Source of the DNA: an uncultured bacterium
GTDB lineage: Bacteria > Bacillota_I > Bacilli_A > RFN20 > CAG-826
Assembly: GCA_949291375.1 (NCBI GenBank)
Contig: CASEVI010000004.1
Span: 39,495 to 103,494, forward strand
Direction of reading: 5' to 3'
DNA length: 64,000 bases
The notes beneath the pieces are model-generated. The model had not been told where the DNA came from and made no database searches. It saw nothing but the letters and a program-made list of their open reading frames with translations. Of the stretch, positions 9,092 to 20,049 are shown in pieces; position 1 is the stretch's first letter, and every line of letters begins with the position of its first letter. The position numbers and the translations under genes were made by a program.

Positions 9092-10843
9092 CTAATCTTC
9101 CTCCTTCACAATTTTTATTCCGAGCTCAGCAAGTTGAGCATCATCAACACTTACAGGAGCATTTGTAACTGGGCAAACAGCACTCAAATTTTTAGGGAAA
9201 GCAATAACATCTCTGATATTATTAGTTTCACATAAAACCATTGTTAATCTTTCAAGACCGAAAGCCATTCCTCCATGTGGAGGTGTTCCATATTTAAGCG
9301 ATTCGACAAACCAACCGAATTTTCTTTGAATATCTTCTTCGTTAAATCCTAAAATTTTAAAAATTCTATCTTGAGTTTCTTGATCATAAATTCTTAAGCC
9401 GCCGCCGCCAGCTTCATAACCATTCATAATGATATCGTAAGTATAAGAATAAACATTATATGGCTCAGTTTCTAATTTATCTAAATCTTCATCAACTGGT
9501 CTAGTAAATGGATGGTGACATGGTGTAATTTCACCGGTTTCTTCACTTTTTTCAAAAAGTGGGAAATCAACAACCCATAAAACATCAAATGTATGAGGTT
9601 TGATTAAATGCAATTCTTCAGCTAAATCACTTCTTAAAGCACCAAGACCAAAATTAACATTTCTTAAAACATTTCCTTGAGCGATAAAAATAATATCATT
9701 ATCTTTTAATGCAAATCGTTCAATTAAACCAGCTTTTGTTTTTTCATCAAAAAATTTAACGATTGAACCAACTAATTCATTGTTCTCATATTTTACAACA
9801 AAATAGTTATTAAGTTTGAATTTTTTTGCTAAAAGATTATAAGTATCTTGTTTTTTTCTACTGCATTCTTTAGCAAAATTCTCCACTTTAATACCTTTAA
9901 TATATTTAGCGTTTTTAAATGTTTCAAATTCCGAATTAACAAATAAATCTTTAATATCAGTTAATTTTAAATCAAATCTTGTATCTGGTTTATCACTACC
10001 ATATATATTTGTTGCTTCATCATAAGACATTCTTCTTAAAGGTAATTTAATATCAACATTAATTACTTCTTTAAATACTTTTTGAATAAATCCTTCCATC
10101 AAAGTAAGGAATTGATCTTGTGTTAAAAATGAAGTTTCAATATCTATTTGAGTAAAATCAGGTTGACGATCAGCTCTTAAGTCTTCATCTCTAAAGCAAC
10201 GAGCAACTTGATAATATCTTTCAAAACCAGCAACCATTAACATTTGTTTATAAAGTTGAGGTGATTGAGGGAGAGCATAAAATTGGCCTTTATGAATTCT
10301 ACTAGGAACAAGATAATCTCTAGCTCCTTCAGGAGTTGAAGGTGCAAGATAAGGTGTTTCAACTTCAATAAAACCGTTTTGATCTAAATATTCATGAGCA
10401 ATTTTGACAATTTTTGCTCTAGTAATAAAATTCTTTAATAAATTTGGTCTTCTTAAATCTAAATAACGATATTTTAAACGAATATCTTCTAAAGCATCAG
10501 TTTTTTCAGCAATAATAAATGGAGGTTGTTTTGCTGTATTAACCAAGATAACCTCATTTGCTTCAATTTCAATTTCACCAGTTTTTAAATTTGGATTTGG
10601 AACATCTTTTTTATTTACTACACCAGTGATATTTAAAATATATTCATTACGAATGTCAGGAACATTGATTGAATCAGTTTTAATTAAAACTTGAATAATT
10701 CCACTTCTATCTCTTAAATCAACAAACATTAAACTGCCGAGATTTCTTTTTTTAGAAACCCAACCAACAACAGAAACAGTTTTATTTAAATCATTTAACG
10801 ATAATTCTCCGCAATAATTTGTTCTTTTGATTTCTTTTTCCAT
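9092..10843 (-). CDS. aspS: Aspartyl-tRNA synthetase.
   Basis: Class II motifs FRDEDLRADRQPDFTQID and GGGLRIYDQE are present in the 583-aa protein. It lies downstream of hisS, as in Bacillus. Confidence 0.9.
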   Translation of the reverse strand: MEKEIKRTNYCGELSLNDLNKTVSVVGWVSKKRNLGSLMFVDLRDRSGIIQVLIKTDSINVPDIRNEYILNITGVVNKKDVPNPNLKTGEIEIEANEVILVNTAKQPPFIIAEKTDALEDIRLKYRYLDLRRPNLLKNFITRAKIVKIAHEYLDQNGFIEVETPYLAPSTPEGARDYLVPSRIHKGQFYALPQSPQLYKQMLMVAGFERYYQVARCFRDEDLRADRQPDFTQIDIETSFLTQDQFLTLMEGFIQKVFKEVINVDIKLPLRRMSYDEATNIYGSDKPDTRFDLKLTDIKDLFVNSEFETFKNAKYIKGIKVENFAKECSRKKQDTYNLLAKKFKLNNYFVVKYENNELVGSIVKFFDEKTKAGLIERFALKDNDIIFIAQGNVLRNVNFGLGALRSDLAEELHLIKPHTFDVLWVVDFPLFEKSEETGEITPCHHPFTRPVDEDLDKLETEPYNVYSYTYDIIMNGYEAGGGGLRIYDQETQDRIFKILGFNEEDIQRKFGWFVESLKYGTPPHGGMAFGLERLTMVLCETNNIRDVIAFPKNLSAVCPVTNAPVSVDDAQLAELGIKIVKEED

Positions 10844-10848
10844 ATATT

Positions 10849-12156
10849 TTATTCCTCATGATGATGACAAGAGCATGAATGAGATTCATTTTCTTTTTCA
10901 TCTAAATAATCAATTAATTTGTCTAATTCAACACTTTCTTGAGTTTCTTTATTTAAATCTTTTACAACGATTGAATTATTTTTAATTTCGTCTTCACCTA
11001 AAATTAATGCATATTTAGAAGATAATTTGATGGCTTTTTTAAGCATCCCTTTTAAACCTTTTCCTTCTAAATTAACATCACTTTTAAATCCATTAAGTCT
11101 TAAAGATGTAGCAATTTCTAAGGCTTTATCTTGATATGAAACATCTAAAGGCATAATATAGCAATCTAAAGCATCATCAATTTCATCAAAAAGTGAATCA
11201 TCACTCATTACTGAAGCAATTCTTTCAATACCAATTGCGAATCCACACCCTTCAATATCTTTAGGACCACCTATTTCTTGAATAAGTTTATTATAGTGGC
11301 CTCCTCCACATAAAGCACCATAGTTAATACCTTTGGAAGAAACATAATGAAATTCGAAAACTACATCACTATAGTAATCAAGTCCTCTAACAAGATTTCT
11401 AGTAATTTCATATTCGATTCCTAATTCATCTAAACTTTTTAATACTTTATTAAAATTATCTTTAGATTTTTCGGTTAAATAATCTTCGATTTTTGGAGCA
11501 TTTTTGACGATTTCTTGATCATTTGGATCTTTACAATCTAAAATTCTTAAAACATTGAGTGTAAATCTTTCTTTACAATCTCCACACATCGAATCGAGGT
11601 GTTTTTCAAAATAACTTCTTAAAACATCTTTATAATTATTTCTTGATTCATCATCACCTAAACAATTAATAACAAGTTTTAAAGATTTAAAACCAAGCAT
11701 TTTTAAAGCAAAATAACATAAAGAAATTACTTCAACGTCTCTATAAGGAGAAATAACACCAACGCATTCAACACCAAATTGATTAAATTGACGATATCTT
11801 CCTTGTTGAGGTCTTTCATATCTAAAACATGGACCAACATAATAAGCTTTAACTGGAATATCTCCTAAAGCTAAAAGTTTATTATTAACAATACTTCTAA
11901 TTACTCCAGCAGTTAACTCAGGACGTAAAGTGATACTTCTATCACCTTTATCTAAAAATGTATACATTTCTTTTCTAACAATATCGCTACTATCTCCAAC
12001 TGAACGTTGAAAAAGTTCGCTATATTCCATAATTGGAGTTCTAAATTCTTTATAATTAAAATATTCAGCAACTTGAATTAAAGTTTGCTCAATATATGAA
12101 TATTTATCGGCCTCACTTAAAATTACATCGTGGGTACCTTTAACTAAATTAAACAT
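10849..12156 (-). CDS. hisS: Histidyl-tRNA synthetase, with an unusual His/Cys-rich C-terminal tail (...ESHSCSCHHHEE).
   Basis: Class II core with GCGFAIGIERI and an anticodon-binding domain. The 435-aa length fits. Confidence 0.9.
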   Translation of the reverse strand: MFNLVKGTHDVILSEADKYSYIEQTLIQVAEYFNYKEFRTPIMEYSELFQRSVGDSSDIVRKEMYTFLDKGDRSITLRPELTAGVIRSIVNNKLLALGDIPVKAYYVGPCFRYERPQQGRYRQFNQFGVECVGVISPYRDVEVISLCYFALKMLGFKSLKLVINCLGDDESRNNYKDVLRSYFEKHLDSMCGDCKERFTLNVLRILDCKDPNDQEIVKNAPKIEDYLTEKSKDNFNKVLKSLDELGIEYEITRNLVRGLDYYSDVVFEFHYVSSKGINYGALCGGGHYNKLIQEIGGPKDIEGCGFAIGIERIASVMSDDSLFDEIDDALDCYIMPLDVSYQDKALEIATSLRLNGFKSDVNLEGKGLKGMLKKAIKLSSKYALILGEDEIKNNSIVVKDLNKETQESVELDKLIDYLDEKENESHSCSCHHHEE

Positions 12157-12218
12157 AAATCTTTTCCCTCTAAATAGAATGAAATAATTATATATAATTA
12201 TTTCTATATATTCAAAAA

Positions 12219-14516
12219 TTAATGAATTACTCTTTTAACTTCATAAACATCTTTAACATTTTTTATAAGTTGAAATGCTTTATTTAATTCATTAATATCC
12301 TTAACATAAATTTGTGTTGAAATAGTACATGTAAAATTTTCACTATGAAGTTTAGCACTTATTTCAGTACATTTAATTCTTGCTCCAGCAAGAGTAGATA
12401 AAATATCAGCGATTAAATTATTACGATCATTGCATTCAATTGATAAATCAACTGGATAAGATTCATCTCCTCTTTTTTCTTTCCATTTAACATCAATTAA
12501 ACGTGATTTTTCATTTAAAATATTTGGACACTCTTTACGATGAACTGTAACGCCATTTCCTTTAGTAACATATCCAATAATTTCATCTCCAGGAATTGGT
12601 GTACAACAATTTCCTAAAGTTATTTTTATTCCTTTACCATTTTCAATAGTAACCGGACATTTATCATCATCAAAATTTTCTTTTTTAGATAATGCTAAAT
12701 CATTATTTTTCTTTTTTAATCCTAAAAAGTTAGCAATTGCTCCTGGAGTAGGATTATGCATAGCAAGTCCTACATAAACATCATCGATAGTATCAAAATG
12801 GTAGAATTCTAGTAATTTTGGAGTATTTAACATTTGGATCATTTCTTTTTCGGTATAACCTCTATCTTTGAAAAAATCTAAACAAATAGTCTTTCCTCTA
12901 TTTATTTTTTCATCTCTAACAAGTTCGCTATTCTTTTTAAGTAAGAATTTTTTTATACGCGATTTAGCTGAAGAAGTTTTAACAATGTTAAGCCATGATT
13001 CATTTGGTCCTGGAGAAGTTTTTGATGTTTTAATTTCACAAACATCACCAGTTTTTAAAGGAGTATTTAAAGGAACTAAATTTCCATTAACAACTGCTCC
13101 TACTGCCGATTCGCCGACTTTAGTATGCACTTTAAAAGCTAGATCAAGTGGGGTTGATCCAGCTGGCAAATCAATAACTTTACCTTTTGGAGTAAAAACA
13201 TAAACATTTGCCTCAAAAATATCTTTAGATAATGTATCTAAATAATCTTGAGCATCTTCACCGCTTAAATCTTTATCTTTACTAATCGAAACAAAATCTC
13301 TAAACCAATGTAATTTTTCTTCGATTTCTTTTTGTTCTTGTTTGGCGCTATAATGAGTGCCTTCTTTATATCTCCAATGAGCAGCAACGCCACTTTCAGC
13401 AACTTCATCCATTTCTTTGGTTCTAATTTGGACTTCAAAAATATTCGAATTTCCATCAATAACTGACGTATGTAAAGATTGATACATATTTGGTTTTGGC
13501 ATTGCTATATAGTCCTTAAATCTTCCTGGAATCGGAGTGAAATTTTGGTGAATAATACCTAAAATTTCATAGCAATTTAACTCAGTTTCAGTAATTATTC
13601 TTAATGCTAAAACATCATAAATATCTTCAAATTTGTGGTTTTTTAAAAACATTTTTTTATAAATTGAATAAATTGATTTTACTCTAGCTTCAATTTCAAA
13701 TTTAAATCCTTGACGATATAAAATATCAGCGATTTTCTTTTTCAATTGATTAAGAGCATTTTTACGATTTTTAATCTTTTCATTTAAAAGTTCACTGATA
13801 TGTTGATATTCTTCAGGTTTTTCGATTTTTAAAGATAAATCTTCAAGTTCGCTTTCAACTCTATAAATACCTAAACGATGAGCAATTGGAGCAAAAACTT
13901 CTAAAGTTTCTTTTGCTAAAGCATGTTGTCTTTCTGGTTTTAAAGCTTCGATTGTCCTTAAATTATGAAGTCTATCAGCAAGTTTAATAATAATGACACG
14001 AACATCTTTAGCCATTCCTAAAAAGATTTTACGATGATCTTCAGCTTCAAATTCTTCTTGAGTTCTTTTTGATAATTTTAAACGTTGAATTTTAGTTAAT
14101 GAATCAACAATTCTTGCAGTTTCATCACCAAACATTTTTTCAATATCTTCAACAGTTGTATCAGTATCTTCTACAACATCATGTAAAAGTGCAGCTGCAA
14201 TTGTTACAGGACCCCCTTGAAGAGTTGCAACAATATAAGCGACTTCAATAAGATGATGAATATATGGTTCACCAGATTTTCTTAATATACCAGCATGTTT
14301 TTTTTCAACAAAATGATAAGCATCTTCGATCATTTTTTGATCAGCTTCATTATGAATATATAAAGAATAGGCGGCTTTTAAGTCGTCAAAAGTATGCATT
14401 GGATAGCCACCATTAGGTAATAATTTTCCAGTGCCTTCTTCAACTTTTGTTGTTACAACTTGTTCTCCAAGCCCATCTTTTTTTATTTCGTCAGTTAAAT
14501 TTATTTTTTCTGCCAT
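12219..14516 (-). CDS. rel: Bifunctional (p)ppGpp synthetase/hydrolase Rel.
   Basis: HD hydrolase motif HDVVEDT, a RelA/SpoT synthetase domain, and TGS and ACT C-terminal domains are present. The recJ-rel synteny supports the call. Confidence 0.9.
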   Translation of the reverse strand: MAEKINLTDEIKKDGLGEQVVTTKVEEGTGKLLPNGGYPMHTFDDLKAAYSLYIHNEADQKMIEDAYHFVEKKHAGILRKSGEPYIHHLIEVAYIVATLQGGPVTIAAALLHDVVEDTDTTVEDIEKMFGDETARIVDSLTKIQRLKLSKRTQEEFEAEDHRKIFLGMAKDVRVIIIKLADRLHNLRTIEALKPERQHALAKETLEVFAPIAHRLGIYRVESELEDLSLKIEKPEEYQHISELLNEKIKNRKNALNQLKKKIADILYRQGFKFEIEARVKSIYSIYKKMFLKNHKFEDIYDVLALRIITETELNCYEILGIIHQNFTPIPGRFKDYIAMPKPNMYQSLHTSVIDGNSNIFEVQIRTKEMDEVAESGVAAHWRYKEGTHYSAKQEQKEIEEKLHWFRDFVSISKDKDLSGEDAQDYLDTLSKDIFEANVYVFTPKGKVIDLPAGSTPLDLAFKVHTKVGESAVGAVVNGNLVPLNTPLKTGDVCEIKTSKTSPGPNESWLNIVKTSSAKSRIKKFLLKKNSELVRDEKINRGKTICLDFFKDRGYTEKEMIQMLNTPKLLEFYHFDTIDDVYVGLAMHNPTPGAIANFLGLKKKNNDLALSKKENFDDDKCPVTIENGKGIKITLGNCCTPIPGDEIIGYVTKGNGVTVHRKECPNILNEKSRLIDVKWKEKRGDESYPVDLSIECNDRNNLIADILSTLAGARIKCTEISAKLHSENFTCTISTQIYVKDINELNKAFQLIKNVKDVYEVKRVIH

Positions 14517-14551
14517 ACCTAAATATTTTACTATAATCTATATTTTTTTGC

Positions 14552-16138
14552 TTAATTTTCTCTGCTTTCTAAGGAATTTTCATAATCAATTGCTTTAAAT
14601 TGATAAGAAATATGTCCGTTAAATTTATTTATCGCTAAATATCCAAATAAATTTATTCTATTTTTATTTAGCATTTCACTAGGATAATTAAAATAAATAA
14701 GTGAAGAATCAAAAGAAATTCGAGTAATAATATGAGTTGTATCTTTAGAAAATTTTAAAGATAAAGTACTTATATCATTAATTTTTAATAAAGGTTTAGG
14801 AAAGTCTTTTCCAAAAGGGGCAAAATATGACATCAAATCATATGAATTTTTATTAATTTCGTTTAATTTAAATTCAACATACTTTTTTTCTTCTTTTATA
14901 AAACTATGTTTTAAAGAATAATTAAGTAATCTTTCTTTTAAAATATCTAGCTTTTCTAATTTTAATTCAAATCCTCCGGCAAACTCATGACCACCAAAAG
15001 CAATGAAAATATCACTATTGTCTTTTAAAAATGAAACGATATTAAACCCAAACTTACTTCGCACACTTCCTTTATATGTATTATTTTTTGTTTTTATTAA
15101 AATAAATGTTGGTTTATTTACTTTTTCTAAAAAACGATTAGCGAGTAAACCACTTATTCCTTCTTCAATATTTAAAATCAATAATAAATAAGGCAAAGAA
15201 TCATCGATTTTTATCTCGATATTTTCAAAATCAGCTAATAACTCTTTTCTATTGTCATTGACCGAATTTATATAATTTAAATAAAGATTAATGTTTTTAG
15301 CTTTATCAATTAAAAAATATCTTACAACATTAAATAAGGAATTGTCTTTAATTATTCTTCCTACTGAATTAACTTTTGGAACTAAATATAAAGAAATATC
15401 TTCTTCGTTGATATCTTGATATTTATTAATTAATAAGCAAATTTCATTAAATTTATTTTTATTTATTGCTTTTAAAGCTAATTTTACTATTTTATGATTA
15501 AAAAAAGATGAAAGAGGCATTAAATCAGAAATAATCGAAATCGCTCCTAAAGAGAGTAAATATTCATCTAGCTTTCCATTTAAATAAACATAAGAAAATA
15601 AAAAAGCTAGTCCTCCAGCTGAAATGTTTTCATTTATTTCTTCTATTTTTTCCCAATGAATTAAAGAAGTCGGAAAAGATTCTTTTTCTTTTATAATTTC
15701 ATGATGATCAATAACTATAACTTTAGCGCCTTTAGAAATAATATATTCGATATTATCTTTTAAAGTAATTCCATTATCAACAAGAATAAAAAGACGATAA
15801 TTAAGAGATAAAAACATATCGATATTTTCTTTTGTAATACCATAACCATCTTTTTCTCTAAAAGGAATATAAAAACCACATTTATAATTATCTTCTTTTT
15901 TTATTAAATTATAAATGATTGATGTTGCCATTATTCCATCACAATCATAATCACCATAAATAATGATTTTTTCATTATTTTTAATAGTTTCTTTAATTAC
16001 TTCTTTTGTTTTTAAAAAATCTTTATTTGAAAGTAAAAAAGAAAGAAAAGAATAGTCAATATTATCATCTTTAATTTTTAAATAATCTTCATATGTTAAA
16101 TTATAATATTTTAATAATCTATTTAATAAATCTTCCAT
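14552..16138 (-). CDS. recJ: Single-stranded-DNA-specific exonuclease RecJ (DHH/DHHA1 family).
   Basis: DHH motif YGDYDCDGIMAT... and DHHA1 motif GGHEFAGG are present. Its position between secDF and rel matches B. subtilis. Confidence 0.75.
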   Translation of the reverse strand: MEDLLNRLLKYYNLTYEDYLKIKDDNIDYSFLSFLLSNKDFLKTKEVIKETIKNNEKIIIYGDYDCDGIMATSIIYNLIKKEDNYKCGFYIPFREKDGYGITKENIDMFLSLNYRLFILVDNGITLKDNIEYIISKGAKVIVIDHHEIIKEKESFPTSLIHWEKIEEINENISAGGLAFLFSYVYLNGKLDEYLLSLGAISIISDLMPLSSFFNHKIVKLALKAINKNKFNEICLLINKYQDINEEDISLYLVPKVNSVGRIIKDNSLFNVVRYFLIDKAKNINLYLNYINSVNDNRKELLADFENIEIKIDDSLPYLLLILNIEEGISGLLANRFLEKVNKPTFILIKTKNNTYKGSVRSKFGFNIVSFLKDNSDIFIAFGGHEFAGGFELKLEKLDILKERLLNYSLKHSFIKEEKKYVEFKLNEINKNSYDLMSYFAPFGKDFPKPLLKINDISTLSLKFSKDTTHIITRISFDSSLIYFNYPSEMLNKNRINLFGYLAINKFNGHISYQFKAIDYENSLESREN

Positions 16139-16159
16139 AAATTTCGATATTTAAATCAT

Positions 16160-16184
16160 AAAAGTGGGAATAGTTCCCACTTTT
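16160..16184. terminator. Hairpin between secDF and recJ.
   Basis: Perfect inverted repeat AAAAGTGGGAA-tag-TTCCCACTTTT flanked by A and T runs. It could act as a terminator or attenuator in either orientation. Confidence 0.5.
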
Positions 16185-16190
16185 ATTCAA

Positions 16191-18974
16191 TTAATCATTA
16201 ATACCAACAAAGATTGCTTCTTCTGGTCCATCATCATTCTTCTTATTATTTTTAGAAGGATGTTTCTTCTTTCTTTCTTCAAATGATTTATTAATATTTG
16301 TTTTAATTTTATTAAAGAAAGATAAAAACATAAATTCAATAGGCAAAATAAGGAATCTAGTTGCAATAACTTCAATAATCATTCCTAATAAAATAAGAAT
16401 AAGTAAATATTGATTAATTCCATTTGCAAAGAATAATGAAATTACAATAAATGAAGAAATTAAAGTTAAATTAACAATACTAGGATAATATGAATTTAAT
16501 CGATATTCATATTGTTCTCTTCTTAATGATAAATCATCGCCAATTTCTTTTCTTTTCTCACGTAAAACTTCTTTTTCTTTATTAAAGTAAGCAATTAAAA
16601 TGATATAACCTAAAAGTGTTAATAATAATCCTCCAAGAGTGATAATTGAAGCAAATGAACCGTTTATTAAAGAGAAAATTCCAATTGTAACAGTTAAACT
16701 TCCTCCAACTAAAATAAGTGAAGTTAGTGTTTTAGAAATATTAAATCTAAATAACATATAAACACTACTTACTGCAACTCCAATTAAACAATAAAGCATA
16801 ACATAATAATTATTTGAATCATTATTAACGTTATAAACTTGATTTAATGTAATTGTTGGAGAACCTAAAACTGGTCTAAGTTGAATATCTAACGCTTCTT
16901 CAATTCTCATTTCAACAACATTTTGATCATTATCAAGAGTATAAATCATTGAATCTTGATTATATGCATTATCTAAAGAAACTATAAAATAATACTCCTT
17001 ATTAGTAACGTTATTAACGATATAAGAATAGTTATAAGATTCAATTTCAACATCGTTAAACATTAATGTATCTTGGTCTTCATAAAATTTTGTTAAGAAA
17101 ACATTTTTAATATTTTCTTGATATCTTTGAATATCACGAGAATCATCGCTAGAAACGTTTCTCCTATCAATTCTAATTACTACTTCACTATTTTGCTCAG
17201 ATGAAGTCGAATTATAAATATTTCCTCTTACAACTTGGAAAGTTGTCAATCCAATGATAGAAGCAATTAAAAGTAAAGAAGAAATAATTGTTAAAGCTAA
17301 ACCAGTTTTTTTATTATCTCTTTTCTTAAATTGATCAAAATATGTAGGTTTTTCATCCATTGAAAGATTTGGAACTTTCTTTTTATCAACTCCAATTAAA
17401 CTCAATTTATTAGCAACCGTTGAAGAGTTATAAATCAACCAAGAAAGTGCTCTTAGTACTATTCCATTTAAAACTATATTTAATATTGAACCAACAATAA
17501 GTAAAGAACCAAACGAAATTAAAATTGAATTAGGAATTAAATAAGAAGTAATACCTAAAATTAAAGTAATAATTGAGAAATCAATTTGAGAAGCTAAACT
17601 CTTTTTATTGCCGTCAATATAAGCTTTTTTGATATTCTTTCCTAAATAAATTTCATCTTTAATCTTCTTAAAATAAATTCCAGAAGAGAAGATTGTAAGC
17701 ATAACTAAAGTAATAAGGCCAATAATTGTACCAACATTAAATTCGCTTCCAAATGTATTAAATAATCCGATTGATGCAATAAACATTGCAACTGCATTTA
17801 AAATTGCACTAATTCCATTAATTCCATAATTAAGAATTAAGAATAATGAAACAACTATGGTTGCAATTAAAGTTGCAATAAATAAGCCATTTGACCAATT
17901 AATTGTATTCATGTAAACAAGGAAATCAGTAAATGGTTTGACTGTTGTTGTATAAGCATTATCGCCATTAACATTTAATAATGTGACATTAAAATCATAG
18001 GTAGAAGAATTAAATTTATGCATCCAAATGTTAGCTTTTTTATAAGCTAAAATTCTATCTCCTTCAACTGAGCCATAAAAAGAACTATCTTCACTTGAGG
18101 AAAGATTATATCCACCAAAATAAATTTCTTCATAAACTTTATTTTCTTGTTCATCGCTTGATAAACTTGAATCATAATCCCAATAAAAAGAAGATGGATT
18201 TGTTGAATCAAACGTGAATAAGATATGTTCTTTAATTTGATTTGCGCTTAAAAATTCATTCCCTTTATTTTCAATTAATGTTTCTATAGTTAACCCATCA
18301 ACCCAGTTATTTAAAACATAAATTAAATTTTGATTTGCGGTTGTTTCTTCTTCACTATCTTCACTAGAATCATCACTTGAATCATCGCTAGTATCTTCAT
18401 CAGCTTCTGCTTCACTTGCGGCTGTAACAATTGTTTTAAATTGTTCTGGATCAGAAAGAGAAATGACAACATAAGGATAATTATCACGATATTCAATTCT
18501 TGCTGAACCACTTTCAAAGAAATTAGCATCACCACTTAAAGAAGCGATTTCACTAGGAGTTTGTCCAGCGGTAGGATCGCCACTATATGTAGAAGCCATG
18601 AATGACCATGAAAAATTTAAATATGAAGAAATATCATCATATAAAGAATTATCAGCTTTAAAAGTGACTTTAATAGTATCAAGTCCGCTTGTTTCAAGAC
18701 GATAATCACTAATATCTGCATTATCGAGCCTAACTTTAAATTCATTAACAGCTTCATCTAAACGATCTTGCTTATCTTGATCAGAAATATTTCCATCATC
18801 AGTTGTTCCACCATTTGAAATATCGAATGTCTTTTCACTGATTTTATAGACATATGTTCTCATTGATTCATAATCGCCCGTCCCATTAACATTGATAAAT
18901 GAAGGAACTAAAGCGACTAATAAAGCGAGAAGTAATGATGCAACAACACTTATATATCCAACTATTCTTTTCAT
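16191..18974 (-). CDS. secDF: Protein translocase subunit SecDF (fused), carrying a large acidic low-complexity insertion in the first periplasmic domain.
   Basis: The 927-aa protein has two clusters of six TM helices separated by large extracytoplasmic domains. The TM regions align with B. subtilis SecDF. The ruvAB-secDF-recJ synteny supports the call. Confidence 0.75.
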   Translation of the reverse strand: MKRIVGYISVVASLLLALLVALVPSFINVNGTGDYESMRTYVYKISEKTFDISNGGTTDDGNISDQDKQDRLDEAVNEFKVRLDNADISDYRLETSGLDTIKVTFKADNSLYDDISSYLNFSWSFMASTYSGDPTAGQTPSEIASLSGDANFFESGSARIEYRDNYPYVVISLSDPEQFKTIVTAASEAEADEDTSDDSSDDSSEDSEEETTANQNLIYVLNNWVDGLTIETLIENKGNEFLSANQIKEHILFTFDSTNPSSFYWDYDSSLSSDEQENKVYEEIYFGGYNLSSSEDSSFYGSVEGDRILAYKKANIWMHKFNSSTYDFNVTLLNVNGDNAYTTTVKPFTDFLVYMNTINWSNGLFIATLIATIVVSLFLILNYGINGISAILNAVAMFIASIGLFNTFGSEFNVGTIIGLITLVMLTIFSSGIYFKKIKDEIYLGKNIKKAYIDGNKKSLASQIDFSIITLILGITSYLIPNSILISFGSLLIVGSILNIVLNGIVLRALSWLIYNSSTVANKLSLIGVDKKKVPNLSMDEKPTYFDQFKKRDNKKTGLALTIISSLLLIASIIGLTTFQVVRGNIYNSTSSEQNSEVVIRIDRRNVSSDDSRDIQRYQENIKNVFLTKFYEDQDTLMFNDVEIESYNYSYIVNNVTNKEYYFIVSLDNAYNQDSMIYTLDNDQNVVEMRIEEALDIQLRPVLGSPTITLNQVYNVNNDSNNYYVMLYCLIGVAVSSVYMLFRFNISKTLTSLILVGGSLTVTIGIFSLINGSFASIITLGGLLLTLLGYIILIAYFNKEKEVLREKRKEIGDDLSLRREQYEYRLNSYYPSIVNLTLISSFIVISLFFANGINQYLLILILLGMIIEVIATRFLILPIEFMFLSFFNKIKTNINKSFEERKKKHPSKNNKKNDDGPEEAIFVGIND

Positions 18975-19092
18975 ATATTAAAAATCCTCAGACTTTATAA
19001 ATATTTATATTTATAAACAATCGTTAATAATTATATATAAAAATAAGTTTAATAACAATAAAAAATAACTACCTAAAGGAAGTTAAAAAAGA

Positions 19093-20049
19093 TTATTTTT
19101 TATAAAATTCTTGGTAAATAACCTCCCCAAATTTAGTAAGTTTTCTTCCTTGTTTGGTTCTTTCAATTATTCCTTTACTAACTAAAAATGGTTCGTTAAT
19201 ATTTTTAATGTTATTCACATCATCATTTATTAATGCAGCAATTGCTTCTAAAGATGTTGGGCGAATAAATTTTTCTTTCATAATTTTAATGATTTCTATA
19301 TCTTCGCGTGTTAATCCATATTTATTTATTTTTAAAAAATTAAATGCGTTAAATAATTCATTTTTATCAAATATTTTAATTTTTTTATAAACCTTATAAT
19401 CATATAAACGCTTTAATAAATTATTTAAATAACGTGGGGTGTTTCGACTTCTTAAAGCGATTTCTTGATAGCAATCTTCAGATAAATTCAAATTAAATAT
19501 TTTTTCATTTTCTTTAATAATCTCAATAATTTCATCTTTTTTATAATAATCAAATTTAAAAATAATTGAAAAACGATCTCTTAAAGGAATTGATAAAGTT
19601 CCGGCGTTTGTCGTTGCACCTATTAAAGTAAATGGTGATAAGAAAAATGATAAAGCTTTGACATTTTCATCATTTTTATAAGTAGCATGAATTTTAAAAT
19701 CTTCCATTGCACTATATAAAATTTCCATAAATTCCCTTTTTAAACGATGGATTTCATCAATAAATAATATATCTCCAGGATTTAATTGACCTAAAATAGA
19801 TATTAATTCACTACTTTTATCAATCGATGAAGCAGTAATAGTTACGATATTTCCTTTCATTTCATTAGCGATGATATAAGCTAAAGTTGTTTTACCTAAA
19901 CCTGGAGGGCCATAAAATAAAATATGATCTAAAACTGTTTTTCTACTTTTTGCACTAAAAATAAATGCCCTTAGTTGAGAAACTATTTCTTTTTGACCAA
20001 AAAAAGAAGATAAAGATTTAGGACGAAGTGTATTATCAATATTACTCAT
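19093..20049 (-). CDS. ruvB: Holliday junction branch migration helicase RuvB.
   Basis: Walker A GPPGLGKTTLA and the AAA+ fold are present. The gene overlaps ruvA by 4 nt. Confidence 0.9.
   Translation of the reverse strand: MSNIDNTLRPKSLSSFFGQKEIVSQLRAFIFSAKSRKTVLDHILFYGPPGLGKTTLAYIIANEMKGNIVTITASSIDKSSELISILGQLNPGDILFIDEIHRLKREFMEILYSAMEDFKIHATYKNDENVKALSFFLSPFTLIGATTNAGTLSIPLRDRFSIIFKFDYYKKDEIIEIIKENEKIFNLNLSEDCYQEIALRSRNTPRYLNNLLKRLYDYKVYKKIKIFDKNELFNAFNFLKINKYGLTREDIEIIKIMKEKFIRPTSLEAIAALINDDVNNIKNINEPFLVSKGIIERTKQGRKLTKFGEVIYQEFYKK

Noticed and set aside
12868-13459. Plus-strand 111-aa and minus-strand 64-aa ORFs inside rel.
   Set aside because: They overlap the rel coding frame, which has strong motifs. 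They are shadow or alternative-frame ORFs.
15003-15191. 62-aa plus-strand ORF inside recJ.
   Set aside because: Antisense shadow ORF.
16187-16375. 62-aa minus-strand ORF overlapping the 3' end of secDF.
   Set aside because: It is an alternative frame of secDF. Its Met/Leu-rich junk composition argues against a real gene.
18323-18535. 70-aa minus-strand ORF within secDF.
   Set aside because: It is an out-of-frame overlap with the acidic-insert region and has low-complexity composition.
19154-19390. 78-aa plus-strand ORF inside ruvB.
   Set aside because: Antisense shadow ORF.
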